A DNA stretch of 64,000 nucleotides from Octopus vulgaris (taxonomy: Eukaryota): NCBI GenBank assembly GCA_951406725.2, contig OX597821.1:109988001-110052000 (forward strand), in the 5' to 3' direction. A model generated the notes under the pieces. That model saw only the letters and a list, made by a program, of their open reading frames with translations. It searched no databases and had not been told where the DNA came from. The position numbers and the translations under genes are program-made. Below are positions 42,788 to 55,382 of the stretch, in pieces (the stretch's first letter is position 1; each line of letters starts with the position of its first letter).

Positions 42788-43968
42788 TGGATTACTGCGG
42801 ATTCCCTACCCCTTTCCAAATTAACTTAACAACTATTTCTCGGCCCGGCTTCATCGCTGAACACACTGGCCCAAGCTACTCTGCGATGGGACCGAACCTG
42901 ATACTACGTAGATGGAAAGTGAACTATGTGGTGATGCGATCAGTAAACTTGAAATTTCATTCTATCAACATTTTAAATTTCTAACACGTGACATCAAACG
43001 CATCGACACGTTATGCGCTGCGTGGCAGTGAATGAGTAATATATACCGGCAACTGTCAGTTTCATCGTTTGTTTCTTCAGATCGATTGAAGGAGAATCAT
43101 AGAACGAAACTGCAAGGTTGCCAGGATATTTAGTTCTTTCTAATTCCCGGAATAAACATCACCCTGCACCGAGTTATGAATGTTCTTGTTTCATCACTAC
43201 GCCAGCTGAATCCCCGAGCCCTACTCCAGTTCTTCGGCGTGGGGGAGATGTCACGGTTATCTAACAAGACCGGTATCTCATTGTTTTCTACTTATTACTT
43301 GACTTCAATACAAATTGCCAACAATAAGAAATGACAGCATAACTCTGTGTTAGTGAGAGACCATTATTCATCAATTCACCAGAGAATAAAAAGAAGAAAT
43401 ATATAAATGAAATGGAATAAAAAAAAAAAACAAGAAAATGTTTATGAACTCGTGTGAGTCATTCGGTGAATACATATTTATCATTATCACGATTACTCTT
43501 GTTTATATCATATCAGTAAGACTAACAAAAACAATAATAACAACAACAACAACAACAACAAAAGCAACTACAATAGTAATAATAACAACAACTACAATAA
43601 CAAGACCAACATCAATGGAAATAAAAGATGCAAAAAAAAAAAATGAAGAAAAAAAGGGGGAAGAGAGAATGAAATAATATGTGAAGAAAGGAAGGAAAAA
43701 ATGAAAGAGAATGAAGATAGACCTTCAGATTTGTGGCCCCCATGTTGTGAATGATAAAGAAAGAAGAAGAAGAAAGAAAAGAAGAACGTCGATCATTTTA
43801 CAAGATGTCATTCTTTCCGATGAGAATATATTTACCGAAACAGAGACACATGAGAAATATTAAAGCAGAAATAAGTGAATATTTGTGTTTATGGGTGCAT
43901 TCATACACGTGTATAGCTGTCTCTCGAGCACACTATCTCTTTCTCTCTCTCACTCTTCTTCTTCTCTC

Positions 43969-44076
<108 letters not shown>

Positions 44077-44513
44077 ACTATCTACCTCCCTCTTTCTCTC
44101 TCAGTCTCTCACTTCACGCTAACTCTCCCATCTCCCTTCCTCTCCTCCTACTGCGCTACTCACCGTCTCTCTTTCCTCTTTCTTTCTACACACACACATG
44201 TCCACATGCATAACTGAATATGTATGTGTATATGCGCATGTATATATATGTATATATATATATGTATATATATATGTATATATGTATATATATATATTGG
44301 GTAAATGTTTTTATTTTCCTTTGGTTTCTGAATTACAACTATTTAGCGGTTTGAGTTTAGCTGCTCTTTCTAGTGGGTCGAATGGCCTATCAAGGCCATT
44401 CCTTAATATTGTTGAAGGTATATTATATAGTCTGTTGACTATTTTTTCTTTCTCACTGGACCGCTGGTGGCGAAAAATTTCTCTTGAATTTTTTGCTACC
44501 CTGATATTGATTA

Positions 44514-44593
<80 letters not shown>

Positions 44594-45539
44594 TCTGTTG
44601 CACGCGTTAATAAAATAACCATTGTTTTAGTTTATTTATTTCACTTCAACTTTTTCACATTTTTATATGAATTCTTCTACATTTCTTTGAAACGTTTCCA
44701 CATTTCACGGTCTCATCTTCAGGACGAAGCAGTTGGTGTTGATGACTGCACTTTTTTACAGCCGACTGTGCAATAGGATTTAACGATGGTGTTGACATAG
44801 AATAAATCTACGATCGAATAGATGATTAAATATTAAAGCCATATGAATAATAGCAACGTTCAATTCGAAAACAAAAATACAAACAGCGCACGCCCTAATC
44901 AAAATCAAAAATAAAAGAAAATTTCATGCGTCTTCAAATAAAACATGAACATACATACATTGAAATTGCGATTGTAATGTCGACATAAAAACAAATCTTT
45001 CTGTACCAGGATAAAAGAATAGTAAAAGAACATATATCTATGTACCCATATGTATTGAAATGTCTTAACTGAAGAAGGTTTACGTAATCCTATACATTAG
45101 ACAAACCTGAAACGGGCGTATTAAATTATTTCGATATATCACTATATACATGCATACATAGATACATTCATACACGCATACATACATACATACATACATA
45201 CATACATACATACATACATACATACATACATACATACATACATACAAAATACCCTGTTATTGATGTTTAAATTCCAATGAAGCAGCCTTGAATCTAGTTT
45301 AAAATCCGGCTTTTTCTCAATTGGCAAGGAATCTTGAAATAAACGGAACAATGACATACATACACATCATTTAATTTACACAATTGCGAAAATGCAACCA
45401 ATTTCGGAAATAAAAGAATGAACCAGCAATATCAAATTGAATAAATTTAGACTCTTACTCGCTATCTAACACTTCCATGCTGTTACTCAATAATGGGAGA
45501 AATATCGTATATTTTACTGTAAGAAAAATCTTTTAGAGT

Positions 45540-45910
45540 TTTCTGGAAAAGAAAAGTAAGAGCAATTGAGAGATGTTACAGGCTGTTACTATATCTCGTA
45601 CAAGGAACATGTGACGAATAACGAAGTGAGGATGGGAATAACTCAGGTTATTGGATGACACAATGATCTGCTGACGATTGTAAAGACAAAGAAACTGGCG
45701 ATTTTTACGAACAGAGAACAATCCTGCTTAAATTGACGAAGCAGCAGCCAGAAAGATGAATTTGTAACATCAAAGACTGGACGGGCCTAATTTCGCCGAT
45801 TCACAGAGAGTAGCGGAAGACCGAGAGAAGTGGGGAAATCTGATGCGACTTTATCAGGGAATCCCCATCCCCTGATAACCACACGGTGAAGGGATAGGAT
45901 AGGACAGATA
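45540..45910 (+). pseudogene. Degraded RTE-like LINE 3' end
   Basis: ISYKEHVTNNEVR..DLLTIVKTKKL..NIKDWTGL/..QRVAEDREKW; tail GGATA repeats. Confidence 0.7.
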
Positions 45911-46543
45911 AAATTTCCCTGCCAACTTTTTCCTGCTGTATGTTTTCTACGGTTAATGAAGTTGCATTTCACTTAATCGTAACGTTTAATTTGTTATCCT
46001 TAAACGTAACATATGGTTGTGAGAGAGGAATATGTACTCTACATCATCTCTCTAAGTTGCATAGTGGCAATTAATTTCCAGATTGTTTGGGAGACTTTTG
46101 TATCCTAGTTCCAGAATTTTATGAACTACTAATACTAACAGCTTATGTTATATATCTATATATGTTCTTGAATAACATGCAAAGATTCTTTGTGTTAACG
46201 AAGGAAACGTGTATCACCTCGGAATTATGTAAAGATGTCAAATTCTTTTTCAAAGAACTCTGGAATTTGTTGTACACTTTGTGGAATATGACACATTTTT
46301 ATGGGGTTAAAAAATCGTTTTAAATTATTCTGCGCTTTAGTTTTGCGTCCTCGCGTTTCCCTTGTATCTTCAAACTGCGGCATTTATAGATAGAAAGATA
46401 CATACATAGATAAAAACACGCGTACATATACCTACGTATATATGTATATATCATATATACATAGTTTCATATTAAAATATGTCCGGATATAGACATATAT
46501 ATACATACATATACATACGTACATACATACACATAGATAGATT

Positions 46544-46621
<78 letters not shown>

Positions 46622-46889
46622 GAGATAGACAGACAGATAGACAGACATACAGACAGATGGATAGATAGACAGACAGATATATAGATATATGTATATGTAA
46701 AATTATATTTGTGCATATATATATATATTTATATATACCCGTACATATAAATCTATATACATATATATGTATATGTATGTGTGTGTGTGTGTGTGTGTGT
46801 ATATATACATATAAGCATTCAGTTATATAACTATATTTTGATATGCGTATATGTACGTGTGATTGACTATCTCATTGTGTGCGTGTGTG

Positions 46890-46940
<51 letters not shown>

Positions 46941-47370
46941 TTGCGGAGAATGTACGTCACATGCGCTGCTCTTGAAATAAAATAGGAAACTAACATGTGA
47001 TCAATGTCTCACAGACACCAACATCCACACACAGATAGAGAGACACACAGACACACAGACAGACACAAACACAGACAGACAGAACATACACAATAAACTT
47101 ACAGAGAGAAGACAGAGAGAGAGACAGCAGAACAGCGTAGATAACAAAAGTGCGCAGACGCGATCTGTTGAGGGCCCTGCCTAATCTAACAGCTGTAAAA
47201 ATCTAACAACATATGTTTATCAACAGAAGAATTAAAACCTCTATTTCTATGCATAGGTCTGTCTCTATCTCCTGATTCCTACACCACTCACCTTTTCTTC
47301 TTCTTCGAAAAAAATCCTCTCTTTTGTCAGACATTCACAGATTCTAATGACGGCATCGCTTTTGCCCTAA

Positions 47371-47385
47371 AGCGCCATCTACTAG
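47371..47385 (-). promoter_or_regulatory. Candidate CTCF-binding motif
   Basis: CTAGTAGATGGCGCT has one mismatch to CCASYAGRKGGCGC; motif match only. Confidence 0.3.
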
Positions 47386-47857
47386 AGATGGTGTTTGGGT
47401 GAGATCCGGGTTGATCATGACTAGATTGTGGATGGTTCCTGGCAGATATGCTTCTTGTCAAAAACAACTGATATGGTTAGCAGATCTTGCAGATATCCAT
47501 CCCTGTTTATCGCCCAAAGGTAACCATCCAGCTTTGATTTAAACCACATCTCCCTCAAGAAATACACATTTTTATCAGAAACTTTACTCTCTCTCTCTCT
47601 CTCTGCCCTCTGCTCCCTCTTATTCTCCACCCCACCCACCTTGCTGCTCATTATAGTTATGATTGTTATTGCTGTTGCTGTTCTTGTTGTCGTTGTTGTT
47701 GTTGTTGTTGATGTTGGGGAGGTGGTTATAGTTTTACTGTTCATCTTAGTGTTGACGGCGTTGTTGGCGATGTTGGCGTCGATCGGAATAATTACCTTGC
47801 GTTATTCGTTCCAGCTAAGGCGGCGAGTTTGCTAGATTGCTTAACGGTATTTCGTCC

Positions 47858-50585
47858 GGTGAGCTGGAAGAATCGTTAGCACGCCGGGCGAATTGCGTAG
47901 CCAATATTCTCGTCTAACGTTACGTTCTGAGTTCAAATTCCGCCGAGGTCGACTTTGCCTTTCATCCTTTCGGGGTCGATAAATTAAGTACTAGTTACGC
48001 ACTGAGGTCGATATAATACTTAATCCGTTTGTCTGTCCTTGTTTGTCCTCTCTGTGTTTAGCACCCTGTGGGTAGTAAAGAAATAGGTATTTCGTCCGGT
48101 GAGCTGGAAGAATCGTTAGCACGCCGGGCGAATTGCGTAGCCGTATTCTCCTCTAACGTTACGTTCTGAGTTCAAATTCCGCCGAGGTCGACTTTGCCTT
48201 TCATCCTTTCGGGGTCGATAAATTAAGTACTAGTTACGCACTGAGGTCGATATAATCGACTTAATCCGTTTGTCTGTCCTTGTTTGTCCTCTCTGTGTTT
48301 AGCACCCTGTGGGTAGTAAAGAAATAGGTATTTCGTCCGGCGAGCTGGAAGAATCGTTAGCACGCCGGGCGAAATGCGTAGCCGTATTTCGTCTAACGTT
48401 ACGTTCTGAGTTCAAATTCCGTCGGGGTCGACTTTGCCTTTCATCCTTTCGGAGTCGATAAATTAAGTACTAGTTACGCACTGGGATCGATATAATCGAC
48501 TTAATCCGTCTGTCTGTCCTTGTTTGCCTCCTTTGTGTTTAGCCCACTGTGAGTAGTAAAGAAATAGGTATTTCGTCCGGTGAGCTGGAAGAATCGTTAG
48601 CACGCCGGGCGAAATGCGTAGCCGTATTTCGTCTAACGTTACGTTCTGAGTTCAAATTCCACCGAGGTCGACTTTGCCTTTCATCCTTTCGGGGTCGATA
48701 AATTAAGTACTAGTTACGCACTGGGATCGATATAATCGACTTAATCCGTCTGTCTGTCCTTGTTTGCATCCTTTGTGTTTAGCCCCCTGTGGGTAGTAAA
48801 GAAATAGGTATTTCGTCCGGTGAGCTGGAAGAATCGTTAGCACGCCGGGCGAAATGCGTAGCCGTATTCTCGTCTAACGTTACGTTCTGAGTTCAAATTC
48901 CGCCGAGGTCGACTTTGCCTTTCATCCTTTCGGGGTCGATAAATTAAGTACTAGTTACGCACTGAGGTCGATATAATCGACTTAATCCGTTTGTCTGTCC
49001 TTGTTTGTCCTCTCTGTGTTTAGCACCCTGTGGGTAGTAAAGAAATAGGTATTTCGTCCGGCGAGCTGGAAGAATCGTTAGCACGCCGGGCGAAATGCGT
49101 AGCCGTATTTCGTCTAACGTTACGTTCTGAGTTCAAATTCCGTCGGGGTCGACTTTGCCTTTCATCCTTTCGGAGTCGATAAATTAAGTACTAGTTACGC
49201 ACTGGGATCGATATAATCGACTTAATCCGTCTGTCTGTCCTTGTTTGCATCCTTTGTGTTTAGCCCCCTGTGGGTAGTAAAGAAATAGGTATTTCGTCCG
49301 GTGAGCTGGAAGAATCGTTAGCACGCCGGGCGAAATGCGTAGCCGTATTTCGTCTAACGTTACGTTCTGAGTTCAAATTCCACCGAGGTCGACTTTGCCT
49401 TTCATCCTTTCGGGGTCGATAAATTAAGTACTAGTTACGCACTGGGATCGATATAATCGACTTAATCCGTCTGTCTGTCCTTGTTTGCATCCTTTGTGTT
49501 TAGCCCCCTGTGGGTAGTAAAGAAATAGGTATTTCGTCCGGTGAGCTGGAAGAATCGTTAGCACGCCGGGCGAAATGCGTAGCCGTATTTCGTCTAACGT
49601 TACGTTCTGAGTTCAAATTCCGCCGAGGTCGACTTTGCCTTTCATCCTTTCGGGGTCGATAAATTAAGTACTAGTTACGCACTGGGATCGATATAATCGA
49701 CTTAATCCGTCTGTCTGTCCTTGTTTGCATCCTTTGTGTTTAGCCCCCTGTGGGTAGTAAAGAAATAGGTATTTCGTCGATATAATCGACTTAATCACCG
49801 AGGTCGACTTTGCCTTTCATCCTTTGTCTGTCTAGTTACGCACTTGTTTGACAATCCGTCTGTCTGTCCTTGTTTGCCATCCTTTGTATTTAGCCCCCTG
49901 TGGGTAGTAAAGAAATAGGTATTTCGTCCGGTGAGCTGGAAGAATCGTTAGCACGCCCGAAATTAGCCGTATTTCGTCTGCTGTTACGTTCTGAGTTCAA
50001 ATTCCGCCGAGGTCGTCTTTGCCTTCCATCCTTTCGGGATCGATAAATTAAGTACTAGTTACGCACTGGGATCGATATAATCGACTTGTAAAATAGGTAT
50101 TTCGTCTGGTGATGGAAGAATCGTTAGCACGCCGGGCAGTCATGCGTAACCATATCTTCGTCTAACGTTACGTTCTGAGTTCAAATTCCACCGAGGTCGA
50201 CTTTGCCTTTCATCCTTTCGGGGTCGATAAATTAAGTACTAGTTACGCACTGGGATCGATATAATCGACTTAATCCGTCTGTCTGTCCTTGTTTGCATCC
50301 TTTGTGTTTAGCCCCCTGTGGGTAGTAAAGAAATGAGTATTTCGTCTGGTGAGCTGGAAGAATCGTTAGCACGCCGGGCGAAATGCGTGCTCGTATTTCG
50401 TCTAACGTTACGTTCTGAGTTCAAATTCCACCGAGGTCGACTTTGCCTTCCATCCTTTCGGGATCGATAAATTAAGGACCAGTTACGCACTGGGGTCGAT
50501 ATAATCGACTTAATCAGTTTGTCTGTCCTTGTTTGTCCTCTCTATGTTTAGCCCTTTATGGGTAGTAAAGAAATTAGTATTTCGT
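47858..50585 (+). repeat. Tandem array of 240/241-bp SINE-B-derived units (~12 units; 8 clean, then a disturbed zone)
   Basis: Unit starts at 47858, 48098, 48339, 48579, 48819, 49060, 49300, 49540, (scrambled ~49780), 49930, ~50108, 50348; intact units carry the tRNA-like head and GAGTTCAAATTCC. Confidence 0.95.
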
Positions 50586-50759
50586 CCGCTTTCAGGTTCT
50601 GAGTTCAATTCAACCGAAGTCGACTTTGCCTTTAATCCTTTTGGGGCCGATAAAATGTGTACCAGTTGAATACCAGGGTCGATGTAATCGACTTAACCAC
50701 TTACCCTCGAAAGTTCTTGCCTTGTGCCAAAATTTTGAAACCGATATTAATTCCAGCTA

Positions 50760-50975
50760 AGGCAGTGAGGTGGCAGAATCGTTAGCACACGGGAAAAAAA
50801 TGCTTAGCAGCATTTCGTCCGTCTTTACGTCTGAGTTCAAATTCCGTCGAGGTCTACTTTGCCTTTCATCCTTTCGGGGCCGATAAAATAAGTACCAGTA
50901 CATAACTGGGAACTGCCGCAATCGATCAGACCCCTCTTCCCAAAATTTTAGGCCTTGTGCTTTTAGCAGAAAGGA
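50760..50975 (+). mobile_element. SINE family B monomer
   Basis: GGCAGTGAGGTGGCAGAATCGTTAGCAC..CTGAGTTCAAATTCC..CCTTTCATCCTTTCGGGGCCGATAAAATAAGTACCAG. Confidence 0.8.
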
Positions 50976-51282
50976 TATTTATTCCAGTTCTCTACATTCA
51001 GCGTTCAAATCATGCCAAGGTTAACTTTGTCACACCATCCATCCTTGGTCGATTAAATAAAGTACCGATGATATATTTGAATCAATGGTATCGATTAAAC
51101 TCCTATAAAAAAAAAAAAAAAATTGCTGACCGTAAACCAAAATCAATAAGCCATTACTTTTGACAGTGTCGTTGTCGGACGCACTGGAAACTAGAATCGC
51201 TTACAGAGGTTTGCAGCAAATAATTACGAAAACTGTGGTCACACAATGGCCCCCTTCTCATTTAACCAGTGGCGAAACGTGA

Positions 51283-51344
<62 letters not shown>

Positions 51345-52314
51345 TGCTGTATAGTAAAACTTCAAACTCTTCACAAGAATGAACAGAATTGAAAGATGAT
51401 AATGGTGATAAACAAACAATATTAATATTTTACAAAGTCTCAACATAATTTTCTATACATCTCTACATTATTATTGTTTATCGTACACTACACACTTTCA
51501 CAATAAAACTGAAACCACAATATTATATAGACATATCAAATATTCACTTCTACCTTTCTGTACCACATACAAAAGCTTTGCGACCCATACAGAGAATAAG
51601 AAACAATAATGCTTATATGTTTTTAAAATCTTAACACACATACACTTGTAAATGATTTAATATATATATAGTTTCTGTGTTAAGTATGTGTGTGTGTGTA
51701 TAAGTGTGTGTATGTGTTAATCTATTGTGTGTTCGCGTCTATAGACGTCCGTGTGCAACTGGGTTGCAAGAAATAGTCATGTTATCTCATTTTACAAACA
51801 TAATAAATAATTAGATATCGTCTGATATTATGAGATAGAATAATTGTATTATTGTTTTATTAACTTCGAAAGGTGCGTGTAAGTTGGAATCATTACTTAT
51901 CAAATTAATTATTCTATTATAATATGTCAAGCGATATTTATGAACACATACACTCAGAGTTGAACAATATATATATATGTAACTTGATTGGACAGCGGAA
52001 AATCCCTTGACGAATACATCTCAAGAATATAAGACTTACAGGATGATAACATGCCACTTTCTCGAAAATAAAACTCTGGTCAGAACTGGAAAGATTTGAT
52101 GACCACTTGCCAGATCTAAGAATGAAACAAACTTTGGCACACACAGAAAAGTTCATTCGTGAAAATTTGTAACGACTCATAACTACAATACACAAAAATT
52201 AAAGCAAATGGTTGCTTAGGTCTACTACTGAGGCACTGTACAGCATAGGATATTATATATATTAAGAAGATATGTAATCCAGTTTTATAAGATCTGTGTA
52301 TCTTAGGTTGTTTT

Positions 52315-52625
52315 CCCAACCATATGGTTCTGGGTTCAGTCACACTACGTGGCATCCTTCGAAGCCTTGAGAGTGAATTTGGTTCACGGAATCTGACAGA
52401 AAGTGTGTACTAATGTATCAGAGTTTGACCATACAGTGGCTTGTTTACAGGTGTTGGTATGTTTACGTCTCCGTAATGTAACGGTTCGGAAAAAAGGACT
52501 GGGTGAATAAGTACCAGGCCTTAAAGGAAAACAAATGTTCTGTGGGGGGGGGGGTCGATTCGTTCAAACAAAATCCTTCAAGGTGGAGACCCAGTATGTG
52601 CACTCTAATGACTGAGACAAGCCCA
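52315..52625 (+). mobile_element. Degenerate SINE family A
   Basis: Recognisable head and tail blocks with many substitutions. Confidence 0.6.
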
Positions 52626-53141
52626 ACAGATCAAAAAGATCTCTGACAGAAAGTTGACACTACACACACACACACACACACACACAGATACACACACACG
52701 CACACACACACACAAACACACAGACACACACACACAGACACACACACAGACACAGACACACAGACACACACACACACACATCACACAGACACACACACAC
52801 ACACACACACACATACAGGTTCGACCTCGGGGCAGGCGGAAACAAGGAAAATGCCACTTGTACTTGAACACTATACAAATATTCTTAAAAAAAAAAACTT
52901 TTCTTTTAATTTTTCCAAAACTTAATTGTTTTCCATACTTACAGTTGAAAAAGTCTCAATGACTGAAACCGGTACTGAAATGTTTTTTATAAAATTATTT
53001 TAGCATTTTCTACCTTGACTTTTTTTTTTTCCATATATATATATATATATATATATATACATGTCTTCTACTATAGCCTTGGGCCTGACCAAAGCATTGT
53101 GAGTGGATATGGTAGACGGAAATTGAAAAAAGCTTGTCTAC

Positions 53142-53189
<48 letters not shown>

Positions 53190-53399
53190 GTATATATATA
53201 TATATATGTATAAGAAAGTTTGTTTGGTAAAGCACGTGGGTGAATATATAAGAAAATAGTAAAGTGTGAAAAAACGACAGAAGGCTTAAATGTTAAAAAA
53301 TATATATATTTGTGTCAAAATGTCTGGAGAATATTGGAAAATTTTTTTTTTTTTTTTTTTCCCTTTCCTTAAAATGACATAATTTTAAAATTTTTAAAG

Positions 53400-53433
53400 A
53401 AATTACCGGTTTCGCGTGTAGCTTTTCAAATTT
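53400..53433 (-). ncRNA. Degenerate minimal hammerhead in the PLE 3' terminal repeat
   Basis: AAAT, TTGAAAA, GC(TACAC)GC, GAAAC CG GTA, ATTT; 140 nt downstream of the PLE stop codon; first core box non-canonical. Confidence 0.5.
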
Positions 53434-53572
53434 CTTGTGACGTTATGTTTATATTGCATGGAATTATCGTTGTTTTTATTTCCAGGAGATTTCTAAATAA
53501 GGGGAGGTAATGAGTGATTTTTTCCGGTGTAGGGGAGATAATCGCTTAAAAATTTTTTTTCCCTTTTCCTTG

Positions 53573-54961
53573 TTAATTTCTCTGTGTCAGTATGTTCGGA
53601 TGGTTGAGTCTGGGTTTGTACTTTTCAATGAAGAATGTTTCCTTGTTCAGTCTCATTTGTGTTGATGATCCGAAAGCACATTGGTAAAATGGGAAGATTA
53701 AAAATTGTGGCAGTAGTTGCTTTGCGCATTTCTCAATGTGCTCACTAAAAGGTATCATTCTATATTCTGGGAATGCAATCTGTTGTCGATGCAGTGTGCA
53801 TCTGCGCCTGAGTGATAGTCCCGTGGAACCCACGTAGTCTTGGTGGCAGCCCGAGCATTTAATAACATAAATTATGTTTTCAGAGGCACAAGTAAAGTTA
53901 GATTTGATCTTAAATTTCTGTCCCTCTTTAAAGAAGAATTCTGATCCTTCCAATAGGTTAGGACATGTTGCACAGTTCGATCTACCACATTTTTTTACTT
54001 TTGCATCCGTAATTTTAGAAGACAATTTTGCCTTTGTGAGAATCTTTTTAAGTGATTTAGGCTGTTTGTAGCTTTTAATGATTTGGTGTATGTTTAGAAT
54101 TTCCTTTAATTTGGGGTTTTTATGAAGTATTGGTAAATTCTGGGTGATGATGGTGAAGGCTTCTTTGTTTCTGGGGTTGTATGTAGATATGTAAGGTAGT
54201 ATTTTCGGGGAAGGTGTGTTGTTGTGTTGAACTTTTCTTAAAGTTTCTATGTTGATTTCTGTTGCACGTCTGATCCCATCCTCTATGAGTTGAGCTGAGT
54301 AATGTCTGTCAATTAGGGTGTTTTTGAGTTCTTGCAGTCTAAAGTTCCTGGTATTTTGTTCTGACACTATTGTGCATATCCTTCTTGCAAGGTTGAAGGG
54401 GATGTTTGTTTTAGTGTGTCTTGGGTGGCATGAATTAAAAAGAAGGTATTGTTTGGCGTCTGTGGCTTTGTAAAAAATGTCTGTTTCTATTTTAAGGTTA
54501 ATTTTTTTAATTAGTATATCCAAGAACGGTAGCTCCTTTTGGTTGTATTCCATTGTGGACTGTATATTTGGGTTTATGCTGTTCAATAGGTTTTTAAATT
54601 TTAGGAGTTTATCTATGTTTTCATTCCAGAGAATGAAACAATCGTCTAGGAATCGTTTCCAATTCTCTTTTATGTATTGAGAGAGGGAGTTTCCAAAGAT
54701 TGATAGAGATTCCTGGTAAATGATTATTTCCATGTATCCCATTGTTAAGTTCGCAATGACTGGTGCTGCCCTTGTACCCATAGCAATTCCGGATTTTTGA
54801 CGGTAAAATGTATTGTCAAACATGAAGTGGTTATTGTGTAGGATGAATTCAATTGATTTAGTAATGAATTCCTTACTGATCCTTTTTGGTATTTCTTCCG
54901 GAAATTGGTCTAACCAGAATTGTATTGCCTCCAGTCCATAATTATGAGGTATACTGGTATA
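53573..54961 (-). CDS. Penelope-like retroelement polyprotein (RT plus GIY-YIG endonuclease), 5'-truncated, probably Neptune clade
   Basis: YTSIPH, YRQKSGIAMGT..AP..ANL, KRFLDD, LPFLDI, YLLFNSCHP; Cys linker CGRSNCATC; NIIYVIKCSGC..YVGST..RR..H..E..FI...P.LN. The first 11 codons of ORF 53573..54994 are microsatellite. Confidence 0.93.
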   Translation of the reverse strand, partial: YTSIPHNYGLEAIQFWLDQFPEEIPKRISKEFITKSIEFILHNNHFMFDNTFYRQKSGIAMGTRAAPVIANLTMGYMEIIIYQESLSIFGNSLSQYIKENWKRFLDDCFILWNENIDKLLKFKNLLNSINPNIQSTMEYNQKELPFLDILIKKINLKIETDIFYKATDAKQYLLFNSCHPRHTKTNIPFNLARRICTIVSEQNTRNFRLQELKNTLIDRHYSAQLIEDGIRRATEINIETLRKVQHNNTPSPKILPYISTYNPRNKEAFTIITQNLPILHKNPKLKEILNIHQIIKSYKQPKSLKKILTKAKLSSKITDAKVKKCGRSNCATCPNLLEGSEFFFKEGQKFKIKSNFTCASENIIYVIKCSGCHQDYVGSTGLSLRRRCTLHRQQIAFPEYRMIPFSEHIEKCAKQLLPQFLIFPFYQCAFGSSTQMRLNKETFFIEKYKPRLNHPNILTQRN

Positions 54962-55063
54962 CACACACACATACACACATACATGTATACGCATGTATAT
55001 ATATATTTGTGAGTCTGTGTTTGTCCCCCGCGATCATTGCTTGACAACCGATGTTGGTTTGTG

Positions 55064-55104
<41 letters not shown>

Positions 55105-55205
55105 CACAAACCAACATCGGTTGTCAAGCAATGATCACGGGGACAAACACAGACTCACAAATATATATATACATGCGTATACATGTATGTGTGTATGTGT
55201 GTGTG
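54958..55205. repeat. Inverted duplication (~105-bp arms) of a SINE A fragment centred on (TA)n
   Basis: 54958-55066 is the near-exact reverse complement of 55103-55205. Confidence 0.92.
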
Positions 55206-55334
55206 GTCTAGTGCGCTTAGCTTTTCGTTTCTTGGGACTGGCCAGACTGGAGCAGTCTCGAGTGTTCTCTTTTGTATCGTCTGTCCGGATATTTTGTTGT
55301 CGCCTGTTATGTTCTTGCTCCATTTTGTATTTTC

Positions 55335-55382
<48 letters not shown>

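Noticed and set aside
44688-44727. Hammerhead-like CTGAAGA..GAAACGTT on the minus strand
   Set aside because: Core boxes are present but stems I and II do not pair.
49775-50165. Programmed rearrangement within the array
   Set aside because: Scrambled unit pieces and scattered indels look like consensus or assembly noise; cannot be judged without reads.
47858-50585. CRISPR-like or tRNA/5S gene array
   Set aside because: Units are near-identical over their whole length with no unique spacers, no cas genes and no complete cloverleaf seen; the unit matches a SINE dispersed through the window.
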